Part shown: positions 11,905 to 24,100 of the stretch, one piece after another
Position numbering within the stretch: position 1 is the stretch's first letter
How the letters are laid out: every line of letters begins with the position of its first letter
Source: Blasia pusilla
Lineage: Eukaryota
Assembly: GCA_050084515.1 (NCBI GenBank)
Contig: CM114271.1
Span: forward strand, 14,570,001-14,634,000
Direction of reading: 5' to 3'
Length of the DNA stretch: 64,000 nucleotides
Made by a program: the position numbers and the translations under genes
Notes under the pieces: generated by a model
What the model was told of the DNA's origin: nothing
The model's input: only the letters and a program-made list of their open reading frames with translations
Databases searched by the model: none

Positions 11905-14900
11905 ATGACGAGGAAAAAATCACAAGCCAACAAGTCTGGGAGCTTCACTCCAAAGTCCATTAGGACTCCTGCGTCAACTTCTCCTGGGCCTCGTTCGGCG
12001 AATGAAATTAGGCAACAGGAAATCAAGGAGCGGGAAAGGGAAGCGGAGATGCACAACCAAGTGCTTCTTGCGAGACGTGTTCAAGAGGCGCTAGATAAAC
12101 AGAACGCAGAGGCTGAGACGTCGCAAGCCTTGAAGAAAAGGATCGCCGACGAAAAGAGAGAAAAGAAGCGTCTAGACGCGTTGATGAGGAGGGCAGAATT
12201 GGCTAAAGCGAGAAGGGAAAAAGCAATAGCCATTGACGATAGCCCTGCCCGTCCAACCGCAAGTGTTGAGATGCGGGAAATGTCCCCCACGAAGTCCGGG
12301 GACACAATCAACATAGTGGAAACGCCAGAAGTTGAAATCGATGAAGACGAGGTCATGAGGACCGCCAGCGTGGAGATGGTGCACATGGCCGAAGAAGCCG
12401 GAGAGCGGTCATTCTCGACTCCAAGCCCGGCGGAGGACATCGACCTCTATCGGATCGACGAGTTCCCAGTCGATTTGCCAGCTTCTGGCTTAGACAAGTT
12501 AGCTGGTCAAGAAACCGACCCCATTTTCGAGCGGGTAAGAGAGGATCTGGGTTTTTTGAATTATGTGAATTGCAATTCATTGGGAATTCAATGTAGCTTA
12601 TTCATCTTGTTCGATTTCGACGGTGGTAAAGCGAGATGGCACTCATGGAGGGCCACAACGCCGAGGATTCCACTCTACCGATTGCGGACAATGGAATACG
12701 TCCGCGAAATTCCATCCGCGAGGACATCGCGAAGCTTAAACAATCGGCGGCGCGACAAAGATCCTACGTCGACAGCTTTCCTCCCTTCTATGTTCAGCCT
12801 TACGACGAGCATGGAAACCAAGCTCTGGTTACGGAGGAGGACTTGGAAAAGCTCAACACATTCTGGAGGATGCAAGACCAGGATTTCAGAAGGCAAGTTG
12901 AGGGCACGGAATTCAGCTGGATGAGGAATTTGCATTTCTTCATCTGGGATGGAAATCACAGGTTCATGGCGTGGACCAAGTTTGCGGAGGAGCGGCCCAA
13001 CTCATTGGAGGCACATTTATGCGTGAAGGCAGTGGTCCTTCACCCATTCCCTCATCACATGGCGACGGTGGAGATGGCAATGCATGCCATGAACACGTGA
13101 GTATCTTTAACACTTACGCAACTCGTCGGACTATGACGAGTTGCTCGATTGATGAATGGGTTAGGTTTTTTTTTTCCGAAAGCAACTCGTCGGAATCCGA
13201 CGGGTTGCTCGACTGCACGCTATTTCGGATGTTTTTTTAAGAATGCAACTCGTCGGACTCCGACGAGTTGCTCGATTGATGAATGGGTTACGTTTGTTTT
13301 TGCCGAAAGCAACTCGTCGGACTCCGACGGGTTGCTTGACTGCACGCTATTTCGGATGTTTTTTTAAGAATGCAACTCATCGGACTCCGACGAGTTGTTT
13401 GATTGACCACAGATTTAATTAGTTTTTGGCCCAAAGCAAACTGTCGGAGTCCGACGGGTTGCTCCACTCGCCGCCTTGTCAGGATGTTTTTGGAAGAATG
13501 CAACTCGTCGGACTCTTACGAGTTTTTTGACTGACTGCAGGTTTAGAATATTTTTTCCCCAAAGCAACCCGTCGGAGTCCGACGGGTTGCTTGCCTCAAA
13601 ACTATTTTTGGCCGAAATCAACCCGTCGGAGTCCGACGGGTTGCATTCGGAAGTTGGTTCCCCAAATTTCGCATCAAATTGTAAGTTTACATTCAATTAT
13701 GCAACCTGTCGGACTCCGACGGGTTGTTATGTTCACGTTAGTATGTTCAGTTGAACAACCCGTCGGAGTCCGACGGGTTGAAACCAGGCATTAGCAAATC
13801 TGAATGCAATCCGTCGGACTCCAACGGGTTGCATCATTTAGCTCGTTGCTAGAATCCGACCTTGAGTTGTGACGACCCGTCGGAGTCCGACGGGTTGTAG
13901 GAACCCATGTAATTTCCTGACGGGTTGAGTTTGGATGTGCAGGATTGTATCGGAGGGGAATGTCACCACCTGGATCGGATCGCGATCGGGTGAGGAAGGT
14001 GCTTATGAGCGCACCGGGAGAGTCTGATGGGTTTTAGGCGATGCCCTTGTCAATCGATGCTTGCAAAGGGTGCTCAGTTATTAAAAAAGAAAACTTGGGC
14101 AAATAAGTTTATTTCCCAAGATGCAGCCGTAACCATCCTTTCTTTGGTCGAAGATACAAAGCCGCAAGAAAAGCGCCAGACCGAGTTTGGAGCCGAGGGA
14201 GAAGGTATCTGCATCTAAGCGCTCAAAATTCATCCAAGCTGCAGTATCTGCAGCAACGAAATACACGGCGAGCAAGATGCAGCGATACATGAGCATTCTC
14301 AACCCCGAACTTGGTTCGGAGTTCTATAAGGAGTTGAAGACGATTATCAAGCGCCAGCAGAAAAGGGATGAAGATCCGCATGGTCGGATTGGGGAGAAAG
14401 TGTCCCTGGATCGCGTGCATCGGTTTGCGTTGTCCGGCATAAGCGAGTTTAGGAGGATCCGACTGATGAAAATCAGTCTCGAGGGCAGAGAGGCCCAGAA
14501 GAGGGCGGCACACCATCCTCCGGGTGTGTCTGATCCAGTGATCTCCCAATGGCTACGCGAATGGTCGTTCTGGGACGCGTTGCGGGTTATCGGGAAGTCC
14601 GTGGTGGAGGGTCTGCAAGCAGAGCTTAGAAGATTAGAGCCCATCCCGGATGAAGCAAACCTTGAAAGTTCTGGAGATTTCAAGGTTTGGCTCGACGACA
14701 TCCGGGACAAGCCAACCAAAAACCCATGATTCAAGACAATGTTCAAGGTTTGCGTCCTCCCTCAGGCACAGCTTGACAAAGAAGTAGAGGGGAACAAACG
14801 GGATCAAGCGAAGAAGAAGCGAGATCTACAGGAGCACGCGGCCGATTCTGTTCGATTGAAAGCTGCCCAGAGGATGGTCTTCAGGTACCTCGTCCAGTGT

Positions 14901-16833
14901 AAGAATGCAAGTAAGTGGGGAAAATTACCGGCAGCCTTGAAATTGTGGGCTATACCGCCGGATGCAGAGACATTCTCCATGTACGACATGGAGATGGGGC
15001 AGCACCTGTCCGATTGGGAGGTGGAGAATTGCCCCATTTGGCTCGACTTCAACGATCCTGAAGACATCACCGATAAGGATTTACGAGTGCTTCATGGTGC
15101 AGTGGCCTCAGGACAAGACGACATCCCCAATTTCGCCCGGCTGAAGACTTCTTCGGAGGAGATGCAGAAGAAGCAGGCCCACGAGGCAGTGAGTTGGCTT
15201 CCAAGGTCCGCACAGCCAAAGACAAATCCAGAGCGGGTCTCAAAGGCAAGGCGAGGGGAGGGAAAAATTCAGAGGCCGAGTCTTCCCAAAGAGAGGCTGA
15301 AGATTCAAGGCGAGAGGCGGAATCGTCCGGGCGAGCGGGGAGAGAGGGTCGGACCAGGTCCTCGGCGAAAAAAAACCCCACGAGTCTAAGGTCATAGAGA
15401 CCCGACAAGCCGTCCATGAGACTAGGGAAAAGCGAGCGAGAGGTGCGGGTTGTCCCAAGGATAATACAATCCATCATCCTTGGGAAGACACAGACAAACA
15501 ACGACCCGGACAAGCGTCCTCCTTGATTCACTCCTTTCTTGGATGAGTGAAGAGCTTGATTCTCAGCGTCGACACCAACCATCGAAAAATTGACAACGCT
15601 GGGACGGAAGCTCCAACGAAACGGGCACGCTGCCTGGACGGTGAATGGAGTGGTCGAAGAGGTTGCGGTGGATCTCTTGATCGCCGATCTGCCCTAGGGG
15701 TTGCGACTTTGGGGCGATAATCCGTCGGATGAGGTACCTGAGTGGAATGTGCCGCTCTCTTATGACCAGATTGCGCTTTTGTTCTCCTTTGCAGATGCCT
15801 ATCTGAGTGACAGGGGCTGCTTCTTGGTGTTGACTGGAGGGAGCGAGGACGAGCTCTTCAACCTCCAGTGCGTCAAGAGGTCACTAAAGTGGAGGACGGC
15901 GCAATCGTGGATCATAAAAAATGAGTACCCACTCCGATCCGCGACGAGTCAGATTCGGGTAAGGCTCAATTCCTGTACTATAATGAGTATAATGAGTGTC
16001 AATCTGGGTTTTTTTTGTCCATGAGCAACCAGTCGGAAGGCGACAGGTTGCTGGCTTAGAGCAGCCCATGCTCGGCTGAGAGCAACCCATCGGTTTCTGA
16101 CGGGTTGCATCTTTCCCACATACACAGGGAAAACCGCGGTGTACCTGCAACCCGTTGGAACCCGACGGGTTGCAGTTGCTTTTGGTTTTTCCCAGTTGCT
16201 TTTGGTTTTTGGATGCAACCCATCGATAGCGGCGGGTTGCTCTCGGCGAGCATGGCTGCTCTAGGCGACAACCCGTCGCCTTCCGACGGGTTGCTCACGG
16301 ACAAAAACAACAGAGCCCGACGGGTTGTTTTAGTCCCTAACCAACCCGTCGGAAGGCAACGGGTTGGTCCGGGACAAAACAACCCGTCAGACTCCGACAG
16401 GTTGATCCAAAGTCAGTTATTGAAAGTTTTCTCAAGCTGACTTCTTTAGTTTCTGACATTGTTTCCAACGTGTTGATTTCTGAGATGGACCACTCCCTCG
16501 TGTCTTTGCCCGTTCGGCCCGAGCACAATTTCGGTGTTCAAGATCCAGGATCCTGTGGATCCATGCTCGGATGGGTCTGACTTAGATAGTTTGTACAATT
16601 CCCCGGGAATTTACATGCAAGACACTACCCCACTTCTGGGAGGAAGGGAAAAGTCGCCAGCCCTGATGCAAACGCTCATCGAACTCTGCTCAAGGCCGAG
16701 TGACTTGGTGTTCGACTTAGTGGGACTTTCAGGGGCAAGTATCAAAGGCGCCTGGCAGAGTGGGAGGAACATTCTCTGCCTCGAGGGAAGGCAGGAACTG
16801 TTTGACCTTTGCAAGGAGGCAAAGCGAATCTGA
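11905..16833 (+). pseudogene. Transposon-borne multi-exon gene: coiled-coil N-terminus + ParB/Srx-like domain + beta-class N6-adenine/N4-cytosine methyltransferase domain
   Basis: ParB/Srx motif FFIWDGNHRFMAW (ORF 12636-13100). Amino-MTase catalytic strand VDLLIADLP*G (15668-15700; the stop replaces W/Y of a DPPY-like motif), then LSDRGCFLV. SAM-binding half REKSPALMQTLIELCSRPSDLVFDLVGLSGAS...GRNILCLE (16534-16833). Likely introns 12535-12596, 13097-13942 and 15959-~16484. Several stops and frameshifts. Confidence 0.72.
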
Positions 16834-19800
16834 AAGGCTCGTTGGGGCGTACAACTCTCCACCGAAGCCGAGAGCTCCGGTTCCAGAGCCACTCTTGGTA
16901 GTAACTCCATCGTCACTTCCAACGATTCCAAAAATCGGGAGGGCAAGGCGGAAAGTAATTTTGCAAGAGCTCTCGGACGATGACGAGTGAGCTCAAAGAA
17001 CTCAACGACCCATCTTGACTACAGCGTTTGGAGTAGGGAGTTTTTTGATAATGAGGCAAAAGATTTCATAGAATAGATCAAATGTCTGATTAAAGAGATT
17101 TTTTTGGATGATATAAAGCGAAGATTTTTTGAACGATGGTGGTGCTTGTAAAAGTTTTCTTGATCATTTTTGTCTTTTCGAATGTGATCGTCTATGTACT
17201 CCGCGGACTTCTATTTTGCAACCCGTCGGATTTCTCCTGCTTGCAACTTTTCACTTTATGACCACTACAACCCGTCGGATTTCTCCTGCTTGCAACTTTT
17301 CACTTTTTGACCACTACACCCTTTTTACCGCTTCCAGGCAACCTGTCTGATTCCGACAGGTTGCCTGATCAGACCTTTTCCCTGTTGGTCCAACTTAAGA
17401 GGCAGTCTGGCGGGCTTCTTCCCTTGGCACCTTCCCCTTAACTCGTAAAGGCAGGCGTAGGCTTCTTTTCTTCTCTCATACATGTTGGATTCCTACTACC
17501 TGTGCGATTGCCATAATGGTATTACCGGGGACGGAGTAGATATTGATACTGGATGGGTGTCACATTGCAGAGCGTACAAGGTATACTGCCGAGGAAGGCG
17601 GTGGGACTCGAAACAGGTTACATGGGACCGTTATGGTGTACCTAGGGGGGGGCCTAGGCTCTCAAATTCGCCAACATTTTCGATCCCCGTCTACAATCGG
17701 CCAGAGGAGCCACTTGTATCCCAAGACATTCCTTTGGTATTGTCACCGAGGAGAGTTAGGAGTAAATTTGTAGATGACGAGGCTGAAGAAATCATAGACT
17801 AGGTGAAATGTACATTTCCGAGGTCCCTTCGGAGGTAATAAAGGACGAGATTTTTTCAACCCATAATGGTGTTTGTAAAAGTTTGCTGGAATATTTTTTT
17901 GGACTTGTGGATTGTGTTCTTTTAGCTACTGAGAATTACAATTCTGCAACCCGTATGATTCCGACGGGTTGCAACTTTTTGCTTTTTGCCCACTGCAACT
18001 TTTTAACCATTTCCAGGCAACTTGTCGGATTCCGACAGGTTGACTGCTTGAGTGATCGGACTCTATCCCAGTGAGACCGACTTCTGACGCATTGTGGCGG
18101 GCTTCTTGACTTTTGGCTCGTTCCCCTTCATTCGTCAAACCAGTTGTAGGCTTCTTTTCTTGTCTAAGATGTGCAGGATTCCTACTACCTGTTGGATTGC
18201 CATTTCGGATTCCCAACCTGTTAGATCGTCGTGGGTGTAGGGTGGAAGAAAATCACTTCTAAAAATCTTTCCTTTCTTATGGTGAGCTTTCTTACGGGTT
18301 GGGAGGGGTGCAGCTTCTCGGTTTCTCAACCTTAGGATCAAATGTGTTCACATTTCACAAAGTTGGTCTTGAGCAGACACCATTCATAACCAACAGAAAG
18401 TTGGTTATGGGGCAATTTAGGGGAGGCCATGATGCAGGCAACAATCCCTGTAAAAAGAGAGGTTGGCATCCGGGTGGTCCTCCAACAAAAATACCAAGGG
18501 CACTGATTTTTGTTGACCGAGACAGGGAATGTTAAGAAACTTAGGCTCACATGGAGAGTGATAGAAAAATGTTTAGGGTGGTCTTATGATGTCTCCTTTT
18601 TTCTGGCCCCCAGGAAAGAGGAGGTGTTTTAGGGCCAAATGTGGACCACCAAATACTCTCTTCTAAAGATTTCATGAATTTGAAAGCAAACAAAAATTTC
18701 AAATATGTCAAAAAGTTTTGAAGAGAGGAGGCGGATTTGGCCCTTTTTTTTTAAGAGAGACTCTCCTCTCTTCCTCTCTTCCTCTCCTCTCTTACTCTCT
18801 CCTGCCAAAATACCACCCCCCCCCCTCAGGAGTACCTACAACTTACGGCTGAGTTGGTTCCTTGTGTGGAAACCCTTGATACCTAGCCCCACTCCGTGTA
18901 AATCCTCCGCCACTTCTACCACTACCACGCTCCCCAATACTCTGTGGATGCGCTATGGTGGACCCTGCAAACTACTATGACTCACTCTCGAGCCACTAGC
19001 TCTACACTAGACAATGCCCAAACCGTGGATACGCTCCCACTTATCTCACTTGATATCAACACTCGCCAAATAGCCCGCACATTAAGTCACTTTTGACTAG
19101 TGTGATATACATCCATCCCACCAAGTTCTCTACAATAGTCGCGATAGTGCCGTACACTCACCAACGCACTAACAATATATGTGTCATCCAAAAATCACCC
19201 CTCAAACATCTCCATAAGCAACAAGGTAAGTGAATAAATTTCCCCTGTCTGCAACAACTAGTCATCACTTCCTTGTGGGTGTGTTGGTAACACAACATAC
19301 AAAAGAACTCACTAATTAAGCACACTCTGGAGGAATAGAATTGGGATGGGTGACCTGGATGTTATGTTGAACTGGATCAGCATCAGCTTGCCAAGTCCTC
19401 ACGCCCGCTAGCAAGTTGGCTTGCTGGCGCCTCGTGCCTTCGACGCCTCTCACGCCCACTTGCACCTTCGACACCTCTCCCACCTCAAAGCCGCGTGGTT
19501 CCAATTGCTCACTCCTCCCTCTCTCCTTCACATGCCGCGCTGCACCGCACCTGATAGAAAGAGCCGCACCCACTTGATCAAGCTGCGGAATAGGAACCAC
19601 AGTTCTGATTCTTCCTCCTTCCTCTCACCGCGCTTGAAGAAGAGCCGCGCCCCACTTGAGAATCCGTGGAATGGGAACTTGAGTTTGGATTCTTCTCTCC
19701 TTCCTATGAACGCCGTGCTGAAACTGAGAGTATCTCTAACCTTGCTTCTTGGGTCCGTGCCGAAGGGGATCAGAACTTCAATTCCGATTGCCTTCATTAT

Positions 19801-20346
19801 TCTTTCCATCCCTTTGCAGAGAGAACCCAACACAACTGAGGAGCGGAATGGGAACTAGAGTTCTGATTGCCTCCTTCCTATCCTCTCCAGCTTCCTGCAG
19901 AGAAGACCCACAAGTGAAGAGCACAATAGGAACTAAAATTCCAATTGCCTTCTCACTTCACTTCCCTACACCACCGCACTCTGCCACGCCATAGTAGTCA
20001 ACTGCAGTTGAGACGCTCCATTGTTCTCCAACTGAGATAGAATTGGAACTTGAGTTCCAAATCCTCCTTGCTCTCTTGTCCCTCCTACTGCACCAATCTC
20101 TGCTACGCCATCAAGATGACCACCATGCACACGCCTTCACATGCCGCCCTACGCCGCACCTGATAGAAAGAGCCGCACCCACTTGATCAATCTGCGCAAT
20201 AGGAACCAGAGTTTTGATTCTTCCTCCTTCCTCTTGCCGTGCTTGAAGAAGAGCCGCACCCCACTTTAGAATCCGCGGAATGGGAACTTGAGTTTGGATT
20301 CTTCTCTCCTTCCTCTGAACGTCGTGTTGAAACTGAGAGTATCGCC

Positions 20347-20652
20347 TATTGAAGATTGAGTTATAGTGAAGCTCATGAGACACTTGAACTGCTATATTTG
20401 GTAGTCACATGAAGTAGGGAAGCTAAATCTTGGTTAGTCAGTTAAGCGCGATTATCTTAATTAGGGTTAGTTAATCACAGTTAGTCTAACTTGAGACTAA
20501 GATTAGGGTTAGGGTTGTTTGTATATACCCTATATAATTGAGAAGGGGACCAGCTTCCACTCATTCTCTCATTGCAAATTTCGTTCTCCATGGTGATGTA
20601 TGTGTGTGAGAGCCATTTTCCACCAATTATGCTTGTTTAACAGTTTTCCACA
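20347..20652 (+). repeat. Copia 5' LTR
   Basis: TATTG...CCACA; about 25 mismatches (hand count) to the 3' LTR. Confidence 0.95.
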
Positions 20653-21169
20653 TGGTATCAGAGCGATAGGAGAACATCACTTGAAATTCTTGGTGTTTGA
20701 GGAGATAAGAGAGGCAAGAGAAGGCAAAATTTTAATTTAGGTGAAGGAACTTTAATTCAAAGCTCAGTGGGTGTAGATTTCAGGTGGAGCTTTGACAATG
20801 ATAAAACTTTGGAGGCATTTTTGAAGGCTTTCTGGATCGATTATGCCATCTAGATCCATAGCAGCTAGAATAATGCTTAAGCCTGGTTTTAGCCATATGG
20901 TAGAGCTCGCTGAGAGCTTTCCAACGCACCCAAAATTGCTCAATTTTGACATTCTGAGCTCATACAGTAGCAATTTTAGTGTAGGTAAGTGCAATTAGTG
21001 AAGAAAAGTTGTGCAGTTTGCTCTCTACAGGCCAACTTCGACTTGTTCTTTCATACAGATGATCAATTTTGGCAAATTTCAGGTCAATTTCTGTGTAGGA
21101 GTGGTGTATGCTTCAATTGGAGTAGTAGAAAGCCTGAAACGTTTTTTTTAGTGAAATATCGTTTTTCAT

Positions 21170-24100
21170 GGAGTATTCCTCAACAACAATCATGGGCGAG
21201 AAGCTAGATAGAAAGAATTACAATATCTGGAAGTTTTGCATTTAAAAATTTCTCATGGGTCAAGAACTATGGGAGCTTGTCACAAGTGATAAGGCCTAGC
21301 CAGAAGGTGCTTCAAGAGACTTGAATGTTCGCGCTTGGAACAAACGCGTAAGTCAAGTAATCCACTACATTTCAATAACGATCAATTCGCCAATGATAGG
21401 TCACATTCAAGATGTTGATATTCCGAAGGAGGCGTGGGATGCATTGGAAAAGTTGTTCCAGACATCTATAAAGGTCAAAAAGCTTCAATTGAAACAACAA
21501 TGGAACGAAGTGAGAAAAGGATCATAGAGCATCAATGATTATATCAAACATATTGTTGATGAGTTGAATAGCATTGGAGTGATAATAGAAGACGATGATA
21601 TGATTTTATTCCCTCTTCAAGGCCTTCCAAAGGATTACAAGTCCTTTGAGACTTTTATCTCTATGAGAGAGAAGTATCCAACCTTTCAAGAATTAGTTCC
21701 TCTATTGATCAATGAAGAGATGCGCCTAGTAGGCAACGGTAGCTCGTCTAATTTGCAAGAGAGTGCACTATTTGGAGGTTATGGATCAAACAGAGGTAGA
21801 GGTCGTGGCATAAATTTCTGTGTTCGTGGTGGATATCAAGCATATGGAGGTAGAGGCACTCAATATAACGTCACACAATCAACTATGAATCAGTACCCCA
21901 CACAATCACAAGGTGATGATGGTGGAAACCGTTGGGGTTGAGATCAACAGCAGAGGGTCCTTGGATCTTGCAATTATTGTGGGATAAAGGGTCACTATGC
22001 ACATTTTTGCTTCAAGAAGAAGGCAGATATGAGAACAAGAGCCTTACAATAACAAAACTATATGGAGCAAGAACACCAAGAGCAATACGAAGAACAACAA
22101 TATTCACACACGAAGAATCTCTTAGTAATGACTCATCATATGGGAGCAATGGTCAAGAAAGACTCGACAGCAGATTGGTACATTGACTCTTGTGCATCAA
22201 ATCACATGACTTCACAAGCTAAATGGTTCACTCATTTGGAGCCGGTGAAAGATCTTGCAAGTGTGCTCACAGGAGATGACACTCAACATCATATCACGTA
22301 TATCGGTAAAGTTCCAATAACATCAGATGATCTTTGTGCTCTTGGAAATCTTCACTATGTTCCTACCATTGCTAGAAACCTGATCTCTGTAGGACGGATA
22401 GTAGAACAGGGTTATCAAGTGAAGTTCAACGTAGATGGTTGTTTCATTGAAACAATGGATGACTAGACTACGATAGCCAAAGGAACTATATCTGACAAAA
22501 TGTTCAAATTAGATGTTTCTATGCCAAAAATTCAAACAATTATGTGTGGTCAAATCGGCCAACAAGTCACAGATCTAAATATGCGGCATAAAAAAATTGG
22601 ACATATGAATCTTCAAAGATTACAAAGTTTTTCATCATCTAATATAATAGTAGGACTCCCTAAACTACCGAGTCCTGCTACGTTAGAGATATGTCCTGCT
22701 TGCCAATTTGGAAAACAAGCTAGATTTCCTTTTCCAAAGCAAGGTAGAAGAGCATCCAAGATATTGGAGTTGATCCACAATGTTGTGTGGACATCATCAT
22801 AACATAATCTTAGTGGTTGCAAGTACTTTGTTTCATTTATTGGTGACTTCTCTAGGTATATATGGACATACTTTATGAAAGCCAAGTCAAAGGTATTCTC
22901 AGTGTTCCAAACATTTAGAGTTATAGTAGAGAAGCAGATTGGAGAACACATTCTGAAATTGCGTTGTGATGGAGGAGGAGAGTATTCTTTCAATAGAGTT
23001 TGATGACTATTTACGTCAGAATGACATCCAACGTCAAGTGACTTGCCGTTACACTCCACAAAAAAATGGAGTGGCTGAGAGGAAGAATCAATATATTGCT
23101 GAAGCGGCACGAGCTATGCTGAATGAGAAGAACATGCCTGAGGTCTATTTGGCAGAGGCTGTAGCATGTGTAGTCTTCTTAATCAACTAAACTCCAACAG
23201 CAAGAGTTCATGATAAAAATCCATTCGAATTCTTCATAGGAAGTAAAACTAAATTTTCCTTCTTGAAAGTATTTGGTTGTATTTGTTATGCTCATGTTCC
23301 TTCTTAAACATGTCAGAAGTTAGACCCCACGTCTGAAAGATGTATCTTCATCGGCTATGCTGATGGAACTAAGGGATATAAGTGCTACATTCCATCCTCT
23401 AGGCAGCTTATTAATAGTCGGCATGTTGTCTTTGATGAGCTAAAGTCATAGTATGTTCCATCTGAGCCTATTCCACCTCTAAACTCGTCTATTGAGAGGG
23501 ATAATATGATTGTAAACCAATAGACATTGTCTTCAACTTCCCCAAGTACTAGTGCAGGATTAAGAGAGGTCATACTTTCATCAATTTAAATTTGTGGGTC
23601 CATGGACGGGAAGAGTACATATTCAATCTGTTGACACTAGTCAGAGCTTGAGTCAGATATTAGAGGCATCTACCTCTGAACAATAACTTCGTAGATCAAG
23701 CAGAGTTACACATCCAGTTCATAGATTCATAAATGAAGGTTTCCTTCCGACACATCATGCATATATGATGACTATCCTTCAAGAACAGGAGTCGAGATAT
23801 TTTGTAGAAGTTGCAAGTAAAGTCGAATGGATTGAAGCTATGGAGGAAGAGCTTACTGCAGTAAGACATGAACAAACATGGGAGTTGGTTGATATACCTT
23901 TCGATAAGGAAGCTATTGGTTGCAAATGGGTTTACAAAATCAAGTGCAATCAAGATGATACAATTAACAAATACAAAGCGTGATTGGTGGCTAAGGGCTA
24001 TACACAACAATATGGTATCAATTATGAGGAAACATTTAGCCCTGTAATAAAGATGGCGACTACGAGAATAATGGTTGCAGTTATAGTAAGTAAGAAGTGG

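Larger units (their letters stand above)
8255..18045. repeat. Dispersed arrays of the 27-bp palindrome GCAACCCGTCGGANTCCGACGGGTTGC
   Basis: Clusters at ~8255-8465 (transposase intron), 10800-11520 (intergenic), 13118-13900 (intron, ~13 copies), 16024-16405 (intron), 17215-17365 and 17945-18045. Arms are 13-bp perfect inverted repeats with a 1-nt spacer. Confidence 0.92.
6271..18823. mobile_element. Mutator-like (MULE-type DDE) DNA transposon, ~12.55 kb, with two divergent genes
   Basis: Target-site duplication CCTCAGGA(G) at 6263-6270/71 and 18824-18831/32. Imperfect inverted ends: left GGAGGAGCGGTA plus a GA-rich tract; right (rc) GGGGGGGGTGGTA plus a GA-rich tract. Contains a DDE transposase. 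Confidence 0.85.
1..19300 (-). mobile_element. Decayed Ty3/Gypsy LTR retrotransposon carrying a C5 DNA methyltransferase (gag-PR-DNMT-RT), running off the window start and split by nested insertions at 2707-4639 and 6271-18823
   Basis: Minus-strand domain order: gag with CCHC knuckle (4640-6270, resuming beyond the TSD at ~18832), aspartic protease LLDSGA (~2190-2700), C5-MTase motifs I-X (~835-1815), Gypsy RT N-terminus (1-545). The 5' boundary/LTR is not resolved, so the end coordinate is approximate. Confidence 0.85.

Noticed and set aside
13118-13900. CRISPR-like array (27-bp palindromic repeats with ~36-bp spacers)
   Set aside because: The spacers are duplicated (127-bp dimer), the array lies in a spliceosomal intron of a eukaryotic transposon, and there are no cas genes or leader.
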